A program made the translations under genes and the position numbers. Source: Phoronis australis (taxonomy: Eukaryota > Animalia > Phoronida). Taken from it: a stretch of 64,000 bases of DNA. The DNA lies in the NCBI GenBank assembly GCA_002633005.1, contig NMRA01000329.1, positions 23,219 through 87,218 on the forward strand, in the 5' to 3' direction. Below, piece by piece: positions 40,052-54,707 of the stretch. The first letter of the stretch is position 1. Each line of letters opens with the position of its first letter. Under the pieces are notes generated by a model, which did no database searches, had not been told where the DNA came from, and saw only the letters and a list, made by a program, of their open reading frames with translations.

Positions 40052-43000
40052 GTAAGAACAAATCAGTTTCGTAAACAAATGATTATGAATGGGTTAAACC
40101 TATTGAGTTATGCGTTACGTTTTCTACTTCATTTTATTGGTCACGCGTATGTCCAATATCAAAAAACCGAAAGTCGCGTAATTAACGAACTTATGGATTG
40201 TAAACAGTTGAGGACATGTTTACAAAACTATAATCTCGCTGATATCACGTGACCAGCCGTTGTGTTACCCGCAATCCCAGGGTCTTGAAGTAGTTCTTTT
40301 GGTCAAGCCAGACTAAGCATCACGTGATCTAGAATTACGTCTGAGTCAGAGTCAACGGACATGTTGCACTTGCGTACGCGAACATGAACAAAAGCATCGA
40401 AACTTGTATTGCCGTTCTAGGTCTACTTAGTGGCAACTTTGCGGAGTTGTGGTTAGAAATATTGAAGTGAACCCGTCTTTAGGCTTGATGAAGACATGGT
40501 ATGGACTAAGGAACTGTTAGAAATCATGACAAAATGAAAATCATTGATCATCACCTTTAATCTACGGAAGAAACACAATTTATGAGAGTTTAATAATGGC
40601 CGAATCGAAAACATTTAATTTTTAAGGTGCAATAGTTCGCCCAAATAGATTTAAAGAACTTACGACACCAAGGTGGACTGTTTGCCACACCATTGACTTC
40701 CAAAGTACAAGTTAAATGAGGCCGGTATAAATATATACATTTTTTAATAACCTCAATCATGTTTGGAACGATGGTCTTCGCACGGAATAACTGAAGCCCA
40801 CTTTGAACAAATAATTGGATCAATTCAGCTAAATGCTACAACCCATATACTTTGAAAGATATTTGTCAATTTCTTGGATTCGTTTCGCAGGTGATTACAC
40901 CGCTAGTACGTGGCGTCCTCTTACTGCGTTTTGTTCTCTACAGTGAAATTCCGTACCCTGGAGAAACTAAATAGGCCGTGGACCGTAGACAGTTTGAGGT
41001 TTATAAAACCACTTCTGTGCCCATTTGGTGGGAGCAATGTTGTTTCGATGTGGTGATCCCCGCAGCAGTTTTTCTGTTACAGCCGCCTACTAGCAGAGAC
41101 ACTTCTGATTATATTAATGATTGTAATTCTTTTGAAAACTGGTCAACATTGTTGCGGTGTAGTAATTTTCTTGTAAATCGGCGTATTTTGGGTACCTCGA
41201 ATTTCAAAGATTTGACTTTTACAGAAAAAGATACACAGTTGACTTTCGTCTTTAATCTTTCATTTAGAATCCACACTGTTTGCTATGCAATAGGAAAAAC
41301 TAGTGTTACCAAATTAAATATTTCATTTGAAATGAGAATGTTTTTCACCTATTGTACATGTACATCCTGTTCGATTTTGTTAATCTACACCGTACCTCCT
41401 TAACCGATGTGCAGGCATTTGGGCTTCTGCATTTGCCCCCCCATTGGGGGTGTTGCATATGTTATAGACTTGCTCGAATTCCACCAACCTACGCCAACGT
41501 ACACCAAAACATTGGTTTGAAAGCGAAAGAATTAGAGACAAAACAACACAAGAGTATTATTATGAATGTTGTCAGAATAAATATTGATTAAGTAATTAGT
41601 AAGAATAGATCCATTTTAAGTTGCCCAAAATGTGTGCATATGTACTTTTAAATCATGGGGTCAGACTTGTTAACATGTACTTTAACGTCAAAATCTATTT
41701 TTAGATGGTGTTAACAACTTTCGGTTCTGGGGTCAAAGTACTCTAGAGGTTCTAGAAAATTCTGAGAACAAATTGTAACAGCCAATAATATGAGTGGATA
41801 TGATCATGTGTTTTTTATTAGCCAATCACTAAATAAGTAGAATGTTATATTATGGGCTGAAATCAGCAAGATAATCAGATGCGCTATAGTAGTTGAAGCA
41901 TAAAGACTTCCTACGGTGTACAGAAGCAATTGTACGACAGAGCCATCTCGTGGAAGATTCTAGAAAGGATCTTGGAAAGGGCAAGGGTTAACGAACAGGA
42001 AGTTCCACATCGCCTCGCATACGGTAGACCTTACCTTGCAAAGAGGTGTCGCGTTAACCTGTGAGGAAGGTGAGAAACGACGCTAGCGCATCTGCAGAGT
42101 GAATGCCGCTATGTTGCAACGCTTGTCTGAACTATGCAGCTGCGAGAAAAGCGGGTATATCGTTTTTTTGACTTCCTCGAGAGACCCAAATGCTTAGGAA
42201 GTGGCTCGTGGGAGTAAAGAATGAAAAGCACTCTGTAAATAGCAAGTATGAGGCCGTGAAACATCTCCGTGTCTGTGGCCTGCAGTCGTCAACAGTGCTT
42301 CACGAATGCCGGCTTACCAAAACTTATCCAATTCATACGTTCCGCTGTCTGAGCTTGTTCACGCGCCTCTCTGTTATTTCTTTAGCACTGTACATGTATT
42401 TCTGTTCGAATTTTTAGCCTGTGAAACTTAACGATCCACCGGCGAAGTCTTCGCAGGGATCGACTGATGAGCTCTCGTCTAAGTCGGGATTGCGAGTTGC
42501 CATGTTGATGTTCATTACTGAGCGTTCTGTTTCAAAATGAATTATTCTCACCCTAACCCATACTTCTATAAAACTGAAACAAAGTCTGCTTTATTAGATG
42601 CAATTTGTAATGCCTTTGGAGTGTTCGTGAGTGCAAATGATTTGAGAAGCCAGCAATGAATAAATCACTGCGTTACCGGCTTTAGGTGCAATAAAACTAA
42701 TTAACGGGACACCGAGGTCGTATGAGCCCATACTAATTTAGTTTTTGCTGGCAGAAGCTGTTGTGAAACAACTCAGTCGATTTCCATCCCACGGCCTGGT
42801 GTTAGGGGAATGTTTATTTACATTTACACTTACATTATTAAAATAATGATTGTCAATGTACAACTTCTGCCCTAACGGTGCTGTGGCCAAAGCGGAACCT
42901 AAATTCGCGTCCGGGCTCCCGACGAGTAAGTAGATTTGCAGTTTCTTGGGTAATTCACTAACATAATCACGTGTTCATTACTTTGGCTCACTAGTATAAT

Positions 43001-43789
43001 ATTTTCTTGACTAGAAGTTTAGTTTGCAACTTTGGCTGGTTTATGTTCGTGGTGTCTGATTAGTTTCCGAGCCACTGGCCAGGATAGCAAGCGTTTTGTG
43101 TGTTTAGAACTCAAAACATCACAATTCTAAACAACACAGATCTGAGTTCTCCTGTCTATATCTCACGGAAAATACTTCGAATTTGTCTCCGAACAGACCC
43201 CAAACTCCTGTTACGGACCTCATTGTAGGCTATGGTGTGTCCAAATACCAATAAATCCGCAACAGCGAAATAAAACAACACGTTTTTATAAGAACTCGGT
43301 GTATTTTCAAGTGTTTTACATCAAAGTTTGACACCAGTAACCCGTGTTGTGAACTGCTGAACAGACTGAGTGTGAAACCAGTTACGTCATTGGATAATTT
43401 CAACACCTGCGTCTGCCGTCAGGTGTCAGGTAACGCAACCGTACGTGCCGTTATGGAGTAGAACTATTCGATCTAAATTTGTTACAAATTAGGTTGTTTT
43501 TTGGGTGGCATGCTCCGTCAAAGTGCCTTGCTGAGAACGGCAGCTGTGCACCGTGCACGCAACTATCTTGGGTCATTTTAGTACTATTAACCCGGGATGA
43601 GTTTTGCTGACCCTGAACATTAGCCAGGTTCTTGTGGAGAAGCTAATGGTTCAGAAAAATTGTACTCTATCAAATAATTCATGAAGTATACCCTGTAATT
43701 CAACAGTCTGACGTCACTGATCATTCACAGTTGCCATCATTGTGTTAGATTACGCTATTAAGGTCTCGAGTATACTCAAGAATGACTTA

Positions 43790-44600
43790 CCAGTGTGATT
43801 TTGGGTGGAAAGGTGGACAGATGGCCTCGTGCCTTTTGCGGTGCTTAGGCCACAAGCCCAGGTCCATTATACTTATCACCTGCTGATGACCAATGGAGAC
43901 CTCCACCTTGGGATTTATATGTATCATGCGTGAAGTTTACCAACGCGCCTGCTTCGACCGTCTGTGTTGAATCTGAATGATCTAGCGATTTCCTCCACCA
44001 TGCAAGTTATGAACCCATCAAGCTGTAGGTTTAGGTTGCGAAATTTTTGATAGACAGGGAAAATCTATTACATGTTGAGTTGTTTCGGCTTTCATACCAG
44101 CTCAAACATGTCCTGTGGTATGTGATGTTTCGATGCCAAACTAGGTTGTATTGTCCAGTAATAGCCTGCAAACTTATCTAAGCATATCAGGTTCTTAGAT
44201 CTCTTTGGTTTAAGGGATTTGGGGATCTTTGCACTCTTTGCACTTCCATAATGAATTGGCAGTTCGAGCTGTGGCATCAGTAGGAGACCAGAATACATGA
44301 ATCTGCTACAAAGCAGGGTACACTTGCTCCTTCATTTACAAAACAGTCAGTAGCTTCATTACCGTCAATACCAACATGTGCCACAGTTCAATCTGCCCTG
44401 GAATGCCTACTTCGACCTTGCACTGGTGGCATTTGTTTGCATTCATTTCTTCCGGCGTTGTTCTTGCTATGGAATTTACTGTCAGTAAAAGTTTTTGTAT
44501 CTCCTCCGTTTTTCAGCAGTATTACATAAGAGTCACTTCATTAGAAAACCCTTGATCAGTTGTTGATGGTGTATGAGTATACCAGAAGCAAGAGTTGAAT
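43790..44600 (-). mobile_element. 3' remnant of an RNase H-bearing non-LTR retrotransposon (I-group-like)
   Basis: Minus-strand decayed translation FTDS... AHVGIDGNEATD..VNEGA (RNase H motifs, ~44490-44325), then ETTQHVI..PC (CCHC-type tail, ~44085-44055). Many stops. Confidence 0.7.
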
Positions 44601-46558
44601 ATCGCAATTCATAAATAATTATTATTTTACGTACCTGACCGGTTTGAAAGGTACCAAGATTGTTACCATAATAGCAGAGTGTAATAATAACATAAAAAGG
44701 AATCAATAAGATTGCACAAATAACTATTAAACCGCTAGGGAAATAATTTCAACGATTCAAAAGATTTCTACCCTATCAAGTCAAAGATGGTAGAATATGG
44801 ATACCTCGCATTTGCTGTGAAGTATTTAGTGAGGCAGTCATCCAAAATTATACATCTTTATATATCAATTGGATCCTTTGGTGCTACTGAGTAATAATTC
44901 AGGATGCGGTGACATTTACGGAATGTGGCCAATTAATTACTACAACAACCTATCCGAATTTTGCAGATAAAGTCTTTCTGATAGATAAAACTGAACAAAC
45001 ATCAATTGTGTTGTTTTGAAATGGATAGATAATTTTATAGGTTGCAGTGTAGGACTTTACATAGTAGTAGAAATAGTGACCCTGATACTTGCAGTATCTG
45101 TTACCGTGAACAAGAGACATACAAACACATTTTTACGATTGTTATGTGAACGCTGGAAAAAATAATATTCATCAAATATAATATTCATCATAAGAGACAA
45201 TGTTATTTTGAACACCTGCTGCATAGTTGTCAGCATTTCGAGAATACAAAAACGGGTCAACTGCATTGAAAAGCGGGAATTGCTACTAAAAAGCGGGAAA
45301 TCTAGGCCTATGCCAAAACTGCTCGCTGCAAGGCACAGAAATGTTCCGACAACTCTTTTGTCGAACGGGCGACGTAACACCCCAAAGCGCCCTACGGCAT
45401 ATTTTTGTTTCTTTGAGTCGAATGGAAAATTGCAGATCTCTCAAACACCCATACAATGTCTCGTTTCTTTCTTTTTGGTCGAATGGTGAAAATATCATCT
45501 CGAAAATATAGGACTTTGTCACGTTGTAAATTACAAAAGTATATGCAAATATGTCAATTTCGCCGTGTGTCAAGAAGCAGGACATTCTGGTAGTGTGTCG
45601 GGATAGCGGAAAAAATAAAAATGGGATAGTCCACAAAAGGCGGCCAGTGACAATTGGCAAGTGCAACGTACTCTTTCAGTAACACAAAAAAGAACTGGTT
45701 TCTTTTACAAGGAAAATTCATCAACGTAATAAATTCTAACGATAACCAGATACGCCTACAAATTATCCATGTGCGTGTACAACATTTTGACCAGAAGATC
45801 CGACCAAAACGAAGAATGTACATTTTGCCGCCAGACGCAGAATGTGTCGTAATGTAGAAAGCCCACAGGCTGTTGTGAAAAAAATTCTGGTTTTACGAAT
45901 GCTTTAATTTCAACTAACTAACTTCTGAATAATTTTAGACCCTGCCGTTTGGCAAAGGTCTCAAACATTTCCATTTTAAGAGCTACTTGCACATTTTAGA
46001 CGGCGAGTTTAGGGAATGTCAACAAAACTACACGTATATCATAAACGACCAAGATCAATAAATATTTTAGATAGTTTGAAGGATTTTAAAGTGTACATGG
46101 TGCTGAAACAACGCCAACTCGATGAAAATCGAAAACACAGTTGACAGGGCGTTAGTGTCGGCAGTGACTGACCGCAATTAATTGCATGAGAATATGCGAC
46201 ATGTGGTTGGGGCAACTCTTTTATTGAAAGATGCTGACGAGGATATAGATGAAAACAGATCCGATTGACAGCGTTCTTATAGACGCGATTCAAACTTGTG
46301 CTACAGTCATCCACTACCAGCTAGTTGGCAGAGTAGGGTATCACGCGACAAATTTCTCTGAAGGTTAGTCTATTGATTAGCATACTGCTCGAATTTGACT
46401 GAAGTGTTATCTACGACAGTTTCTTGTCAAAGTTATATGAATGAACGTACAAGTGACAAAGAAGTGATAGACAATCATTGTAAATGAAAGTGTTCCACAA
46501 AAATCCCAATTTCTATGGTTTTATCTATGAAATTTACACCACGTTCGTATGTTCACAG

Positions 46559-46623
46559 CTCCCGTGTTTAGGCCAACAGTGCAGATTTCTCCTGACGCAC
46601 TTTTCGTTACAGTTTATAATACG
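46559..46623 (+). CDS. Exon: FN3 repeat 2, N-half
   Basis: cacag| ... acg|gtaagc, phase 1-0. APVFRPTVQISPDALFVTVYNT. Confidence 0.75.
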
Positions 46624-46832
46624 GTAAGCAGAGTGTTTTGTGTTTTAATTTAGTAGCAACAGTAATCATTCAATTTGTTTCAATGGCTTTCGATAGCAAA
46701 TAAACATCTCAAAATGTCGGTGGGAAATCGATGTTCTGGTGTTAATATTTTTTCTTATGGAAGTGTACAATAAAGTTTATTTACATGTAGCAAGTGAACG
46801 ACCGAGTATTGGTTCTTTTCTCACTATTATAG

Positions 46833-47073
46833 GCCAATTCGGTCCAATGGAAGTGTTCCAAGCAACTGCGTTTCATCGTTGAGTACAAGAATGCCTCAAG
46901 CACTGACTGGATCAGATACGCACCAGACATGCCTTATCAGAGCGGAAAGTCCATTTATTCCCAGAAACTGCCGTCTACTTCCTGTACCCAACGGCAAGTC
47001 CGCGTGAAGGCAGCCAATAAAGATGCATCTTCAGAGTACTCTCCTGTAGAGGAAGCAACTACTTGGACCACAA
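46833..47073 (+). CDS. Exon: FN3 repeat 2, C-half
   Basis: Phase 0-1. ANSVQWKCSKQLRFIVEYKNASSTDW...QVRVKAANKDASSEYS. Confidence 0.85.
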
Positions 47074-49159
47074 GTACGCATGCTCAGTTTGATGCATTTT
47101 TATGGTAGGCTGGTTGGCTCAACATCTTTCGCGTCCAATGGGCAATCTCGTTGGCCGTGTTATAGTACATCCTTGCGTCTAACATATAACGTATCAACAA
47201 CACAAATAGCCTTTGAACTACTATAATTTAAAACTACTTTCAAGCAAAGCGCTCCCATTTTGGAGCCTATTTCGTGTAGATTAGTGACTTTTGAAGTTTT
47301 TAGCTTTCACCATAGATGTAAAACAATTAAATCCGCTGTTTTTGTGATTTTATTATGAATTTCCAATATCAACGAAAAAGCGTGCTATTTGTTGGTGGGG
47401 GTTGTGAAAAAGTTCGATGCCAATGGTGTGTAGTGCTAATAAGGGTTGATACGAAAAAAATTCATGGGATAATCTCCGTAGTGTGTGTGAGAAAAAGAGC
47501 CAAAGAACCGAAGTACATTAGATAATGCCTCTGATCATCAGTCCCTTACATGGTTTTATGAAGTCAGCGACAGACACATTGCCTCGTTTGTTGCTTTTTA
47601 TCTGGTGACCTGCATTGAAAGCGCCCGAATCGCACAGCTAAGCCATCATAACACATTCTTACAAACCAAAGGTTGTGGGATAAATATGGCGGGCGATCGT
47701 TGAGTTCCCACATCCCGATTGGCTGCATTCATTAGCTCGATGACCTTGCCTGAACTTCCTGCCGACTTCTAGTGATCGACATAGCTTGACAGTGCCTGGG
47801 ATAATGCCAAAATTATAACAGATATTACTTAAAATGAGCACTGTATACAAAACGGTGCAAAGGGGCGTAATGATAATGCTGATACGCAAACACGAAAGCT
47901 GTTTCTGGGACTCTTTAAGATTCTTTCAATTTTTGCCAAGTACTTGACGATGATTGTAGCCACATGCACACTGCGTTTGATTAGCCCTTTCTGCTTTCAT
48001 GGTTACTGTCAGTTATGCTTGTCACTGAGTTACGTGTATGTCTTGTAGGGACGTTGTGATTTCAACATCCGGTCTACCAAAACTACCAATTTATATTGCC
48101 TAACGCCACCTGCTTTGAAAATGTCCATTTGTGGCAGTAAGGAGAATTCATTCCATTTTCTGCTTTGGACAAAAAAACGTCTTTTTTGCACTTCATTTTA
48201 TTACTATGATAGAAAGTGCAAAATTTGCCCAGAGAACAAATTAACATGATATCCGTGCAAGAACATCTTCAAGTAATACGAGTAAAAGCCTCTAAATAGG
48301 ATGAGCCGGGGTAAAAGTCAGTCAAAAATCTGTTTTTGTAAAACAGTTTTGTGAGGTGATCAGACAAGGTCCGTTATTTACTGTAAGGCAAACAAAATTA
48401 AAAAAGGACAAGTGAATGCATCTATTACTAGCCTCGTTTAAAGTCCTCTTTTTCAATTTAGATTTATTTCCAAGAGAGGATTTTAGCTTGCTATTTTCCC
48501 CTGCAACTATTCAAGGGGCATCACCCAACTCACGGTCACGCTCTTCTACACAAACTCAATGTGGGATGTGGGGCTTTTTGATTTAATCTTTTGGACTTAA
48601 CCGCATATGATTACTTAAATTTAAGTACACTGAAATTATTCCATTCAGGGGGCAGCCAGAATATGTCTTAGCTTCGTCACATTATGACACATGATATAGG
48701 AAAACAACGTGATGAGGGGATTTTGCTCTTTGTAGAATGTCGTCAATTAATCCTTAGTGCTTAAAGTCTCAAAGGGCAATCTAGTTAAAAAACTTACAAA
48801 TATATACCAAATTAAATAATATGCAACATGGCGTAATGTTCACATCCTTTCTGTTATCTAGGTAAAAGACTTTTGAACACAGTTTTTTACCTCGGCCGAG
48901 ATCCGGACTTTCATGATTTTCCAGATCGTGTTATTGAGACCCTTGTTTTGCTATCAATGTTGCCATAAATTTTAACTAATTTTAATAACCAGATAATCGT
49001 TCGTGACCCAGTTAATGGTGCATTAGTAAAAGGTATAAAAATCTTCATGCTTCCTACTTTCAAAAAGTATGTACATGCATTTTTGCTGGTTTTTGTAGAA
49101 ATTTTTGCAAAACTTGCATACCATTCAGTAACCTCAATGGAGTATTTTTCCTTTCACAG

Positions 49160-49465
49160 AGCCTCATGCGGTAAGGAACCTCACAATTCAGGGAAGAATC
49201 AGCACATCAATCAAAATATCGTGGAGTGAACCTGTCTCCAATGGCTGTCCTATAGAACGTTATTATATTACTCACCAGTTTTTGCAACATTTGGCATGCT
49301 CCCCCGGAAGAAGCTCCCCTGAATCTAACCCTATATCAACAGTCGCTACCGAGGCTCACTTGGATGATCTCTACCCTTTCAGCAAGTATAGGATAGTGGT
49401 GTGGGCCAAAACGGGTCCTACTTATGGAACGTCAGTGTTTATTGAAAGTACAACGTTGGACTCAG
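49160..49465 (+). CDS. Exon: FN3 repeat 3
   Basis: 306 nt. KPHAVRNLTI...SIKISWSEP...LDDLYPFSKYRIVVWAKT. Confidence 0.92.
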
Positions 49466-52284
49466 GTATTTGATTACTCTCGGTTAAAAGGATACTAAAC
49501 TTTGTTATGGCGATTTCAACCAATCCTTACTCTGCCACTTGCTAATTGCTCATATCTCCACAGTTGAGTAATAACAGCATAGTAAAACTAAAATCATCTA
49601 CTTACCTAAAGCGTGGATTACGCTTGACTGTTAAGCAGCCTTTGTAAGGAATTTGCAATAATTACTCCAAAGTTTTGAGGGTTGACGTTGGTCACACAGG
49701 GCTCTAGTTTGTTTTAGATGTAATAGCTAAATACGAAAGTCGTTGTTCATACATGTATCTGTTACAGGTCAAAAGTCGATTTGGTATCCTTTTAGCTTTT
49801 TCGTATTGTGTCTACGTTAATTGTCTGACGAGAGTGTACACAAGTGCGGTTCATGTTTAACCAAATTCTTGCCAAGTCCAATTCTCGTCTTTTCTAATGG
49901 AATTCTTGTTTGCTTTGTATTCTTATCTCTTGTTTCCATTACGTATTTCGGAAATTGAGATGGTGGCACGAAACACGAATATACTTTTTCTCTGACACCC
50001 AATATCACTGATTGCTGTAGGTTTCCTGAAAAAAATAGCAGCATGACGACGAACTCAAACAAAGGTCATGTTTCGAACGTTCAATAAAGTGAGACACACC
50101 CATTAAACTACATCATCTCTTGGATCGCTAAACTTTCTAAAAACATTAATATGTTGCATAGATTTAAGAAACTATGAAATTAATCGCCACATGTGCAGAT
50201 TAACATTTTGACGTAATAAGTAAAAGAGTGCTGACCTCACGCTATCGCGTTCGCGTTTAATTGGTAGCCGAAAATGTCTATTGTTTTGGCTACACGTACG
50301 TAGGGTTAATTGTAGTAAACAAGAAATAAAAGACCATGATCTTCTGTTGGATTTGGCGGTGTTGGACGATGACTTCGACTTACTGGACTTACTTATGTTG
50401 GATGTGCATCATGAACCGCGTAAAACATGCAACCAAAACCTTCGAATATAGATTTTATTTCCAAAAGAGATGTACAAGTCGAGGCTTTTTCGTTGCTTCA
50501 TAGACATTTTCATCCAATGATGTTCATAATAGCACGGAGGTAAATGTATGATTGTGTTTTGTTTAATTCATGATAATTGAAATTTCCAAAGTATTATTCG
50601 TGATTCTGAATTTATTTATTGAGCAGTTAAGTAGACTGAGTTACTTACCACGGTCGTAGCCAGCAGTATTCCAACAGACTGAACTAAGGTGGAATAGTAG
50701 TCTTCGGGTTGTATGCTTGCCCAGGTTGACTTGTCAGTTTTGCGGCCACTGCTGACCCGCTACTAATGGTTCACCAACCTTGTACTTTAATGAACAGGTA
50801 CTTCTGAAACCGACACAAATGGCCAATAAACGGTACAATTTTCTGGACTTTGAACATCCCCGACCTGCCTATCGCACATGAGGTACTTTAAACCCACAAG
50901 AATGGCCGATAGACGTACTGCAGTTTCAGGAAATTCGCACAGATGCTAGCCCTGAGAACTCGCCTTTGTTTGCATCGCTGGGCACACACGCGAGAGCAAC
51001 GCGGGAGCTTAACACACCATATTTTCTGGGTCACGAAAAATGCACCATTTATCTGTCATTACTGCCACCGATAGGTAGTCGTCAGCCGTGGACAATATGC
51101 CAACCTCGGCAAGCATATACCCCAAAACTGAACTGTGCGCAAGCTGGCCGGTGTGTTATTAATGTTCCCGTATGGTCGCCTCGCAATGCAGTCCACACCC
51201 GTTCCCAAGCTAGGAATCTCAAAATGTCCTGCGAAATTCACCGTTTATCAACCATCGTTGTCGATTTCAGAAGTACCGGAAAAGCACCGTTTATCGGTCA
51301 TTTGTGTCAGTTGCACACATACATGTACAGTCGGAAGTCGAAATTAGCTCAAGCTGGCCGATATGGCCACAAACTTCCCTCCGCGCAGCTATGAGGTCTT
51401 ATCCATTCTAGAAGGAGAGGTACACCTCAGCGTGTTGTGAGTGAAAGACCCTCAGGCACAACCAGGCTGTGAAAGTGTTTACGGTAATTAAGTGGGTATT
51501 GGTGGGAGAATACGGTGGCGACTGGTAGAGATAGAGGGCACCAATGTAGGGTAACACAAAGTGATTTGCGACCGGGACAAAAGGTCAAAGCTACTTACGA
51601 CCAGAGTGACATCCTTTTATTCTATCCTTGGTGAAAACAATCAATATTAGTGCATTGATTAGTGCCTCGGACACGGATGTTATTGTAACTGTTGGGTGGC
51701 TGTTTGAAAGCGTTGTGATTACTTTTTCGAGTTCATTTTGATAAAAAAGATTTTAAAAACATGTCTGTTGGTTTCTTTAAGAGAATTGTTTAGTGAATGT
51801 AATGATAGGACTCTTTGGAAATCATTTTCGTGGTTCCTCGATCTAACGGAAGTTTAGGGACCATGTATTGTCGTTCGTTGAAGTACGGTATTTTTCCTGC
51901 TGGCTGTTTCGACAGCTCATTATACTACAATAGCTGCAGTGTTAAGCATCACGTTATGGGTTAGTTTTTGACAGTTCCTGGTATCCCAAAGTTTGGGTGT
52001 TTTCTGGTACTTTCCAAAATGCTTACGTTCCACCATCATCCATCTGGCACCTAGTGTGACGCTGTTAGTTCAGTAGACACAAAAGTATGATTACGAAAAT
52101 ACAAGAATTCGCCATGAACTGCAGACGAATCACGTGATCACAACACTCCTTATACATGTAGACATTCTTTATTCTACAAAACTCTACCAAGATTTAACTG
52201 GGATCTTCATTATGTAATATGTCACAAATATTAAAGGTGGTTGAGATTTCTGTTGCAGGCACGCACAAACCAAAACGGATTTTT

Positions 52285-53070
52285 GTCTCTCACAGGTCAT
52301 TTACCAGTAGTAACCAGTAACTTGTATTTGAATCACACGAAATTGTTTTGGTACCTCGAATATATGGAGCTGGCTCCCTTTCGGACACCGTTTTTGAGTT
52401 TCTGGCAGACCTTTCCCAGAGAACAATTTGTGTCAAAGGTCACCCGGTGTTCATTGCGCCACAATTGTTGGCTTTAACTCAGACGATACCTCGAATATCT
52501 AAATGTATCTCAAACTTTAAATGACATACATGTACCGTGCTTGTGATTTGGTGATCAGTAACTTGTAGTGAATCGTATGGAATTGGCTTTTTGTGGTACC
52601 TAGAATCTACCAGCTAGCTCATATTTTTTGGGGGGGGAGGGGTCAGTTTTTTGATTTTTGGCGGATCCTTTCCTTAATGCAATTTTTCTGCCATGGTTCA
52701 TTCGGTGTTCAGTGCGATTTATTACTCGTTTCAAATTAGTTTTAGCTGGTACCTGGAATATCTACATGTAATCTAGCTCAAATTTTCAATGGCATACCGT
52801 TGTTGACATTTTGGGGGTTTCTAGGGGGCACGACGCGGGGTGTAATTTATCTGTCATGGCACATTTGGTGATCAGTAACATGCTTTGGTTCACATGGAAT
52901 TGTTTTTTTTGTGGTACCTCAAATGTACGAGTTAGCTCATTTTGAGGGGTCCTTTTTGTTTCTGCCGGAACCATTGTAGAGTGCAATTTGTCTGTCATGG
53001 GTCATGTAGTGATCAGTGCGGTACTATTGCGGGTATGAATCAGTTTTGGGCGGTGCCTCTAGCTCAGTTT
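52285..53070. repeat. Degenerate tandem repeat with units of ~110-165 bp
   Basis: GGTACCTCGAATA-like anchors at ~52350, 52486, 52595, 52747, 52913 and 53052. GGTGATCAGTAAC recurs. Confidence 0.65.
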
Positions 53071-53155
53071 TGACCCCCTTGTAAGGTCCACAGGGCCACA
53101 CCCAGAGTGCAGATAACAGCAGACCTGTATTTCTGTATATGATGAGGTGGATTTT

Positions 53156-53303
53156 AGGGGCGGATCCAGCATTTTGAGTTAGGGGTGCCAGAGCATTAGA
53201 CAGGATTTTGCCTGTCAGACATTCGCAATCCGAACTGCCAAATGGAATCTCGAAGAATGTTAGGGGGCCATGGCCCCTTGGCCCCCCGTTAAGTCTGCTA
53301 CTG
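53156..53303. mobile_element. MITE of the same family as 8699-9117
   Basis: AGGGGCGGATCCAGCATTTTGAGTTAGGGG...CCGAACTGCCAAATGG...AGGGGGCCATGGCCCC matches 8844-9100. Confidence 0.78.
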
Positions 53304-53742
53304 GATTCTAAGTGCCCCTATGGTCAGAAATTGGTACCTCGTCCACCTACATGCTAAGTTGTGTGGGCTGCCTCTTCACTATTGCATACGAATATACATT
53401 CACGTTGGCGCTACAACGAATTCCGGACAACTAATTTTGATGTTTAGACTGAATTATCAAAGAATAACCACGAACTCATGATCAGTCCCAGCAACAACCA
53501 AACGAACTTAACATCTTCCAACGAACTTATTGTACTCGCGTATACGCTGTCGGTGATTTAATATGGACATTGTACTTGGACATCAAAGAACTTTTGAACA
53601 CAAATATTCGTCAATAATCTCGACTTGTTCACACATCGTGTCGCAAGACATTAGCTTACTGGATTTAACAATATGCATTTGTTTGTGGGCACTAAGTGCT
53701 GCCAATATAATTAATCTCATATTTTCTCCGCGTTAATTGCAG

Positions 53743-54045
53743 CTCCAAGTGATCCAGTGTCACACCTGTCAAAACCACACCCTTCAACAACGTCTCTTGT
53801 CTTTTGGTGGAAACCTCCAAGATGCAACAGCACGAACGGTCAGATCACCGGGTACGAGTACGAGTTTCAACGACTGAACCACTCTTGCTTAGAGTCTGAA
53901 GGAAACAGATCTACTACCACATCACCAATTGTAAGGATAAACGAGTTGACCCCTTTCGTCAACTATTCCATGCGAGTAAGACCACTGGTTGGCATCCACA
54001 AAGGACCCTGGAGTGATGTTGTCACTGGAAGAACTTTGTGTTCAA
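53743..54045 (+). CDS. Exon: FN3 repeat 4
   Basis: 303 nt. APSDPV...SLVFWWKPPRCNSTNGQITGYEYEF...LTPFVNYSMRVRP...GPWS. Confidence 0.93.
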
Positions 54046-54349
54046 GTAAGGGTGGATGCACTAGCTCGTATCCAAAATAGTTTTCAACATATTGAGGTCA
54101 GACTAGAAATGTTTCTACGCCGTCCGCAGATCTGCCTTCCTGTCCTAAAATGACTACTTGTGGTTAGCCTCTGATCACCCATGCCTTTTCATATTTTACA
54201 AAGTACTAGTATGAAATGGGAGATAAAAACGCCTTTGTCAACGTTCGTTTTAAGCGCTGATCTGACTTCTGATCAGACGTCAACTCGTAAAATCTTGGAT
54301 CATGATCGGATTCACTAGTTGCCTATAACGCTCACTGTTCTATTTTCAG

Positions 54350-54552
54350 AGCCACCGAAACTGATTGGGGTCAACAGAGGATTTGTAAACTCTAGCTCTG
54401 TGCAGCTACTGTGGGACATTCCATGCCCAAGTCATGGACATTTGACCAGCTATGAAGTTCTTATCAACTCGTCTACAGCTGGAACATGCCTCCACCCTTG
54501 TTCTTCACTTCTCTTTTCTGATTTACTGGCCAATAAACGCTACTGTATTAAG
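54350..54552 (+). CDS. Exon: FN3 repeat 5, N-part (followed by a GC donor)
   Basis: KPPKL...SSVQLLWDIPCPSHGHLTSYEV...DLLANKRYCIK. Ends aag|gcaggt (phase 0). Confidence 0.85.
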
Positions 54553-54707
54553 GCAGGTATTCTTGTATCAGAGGTGCAATTCGGTTAAACTCAAGATTCG
54601 TTTGAGGACGTTTTTAGGCTGCAAATTTATATTCCCGATTCAGTCGTGAGACGTACAAGTAAGGTGAGGCTACAGTTTGATACATGTGTGATTTATCTTT
54701 CGTGCAG

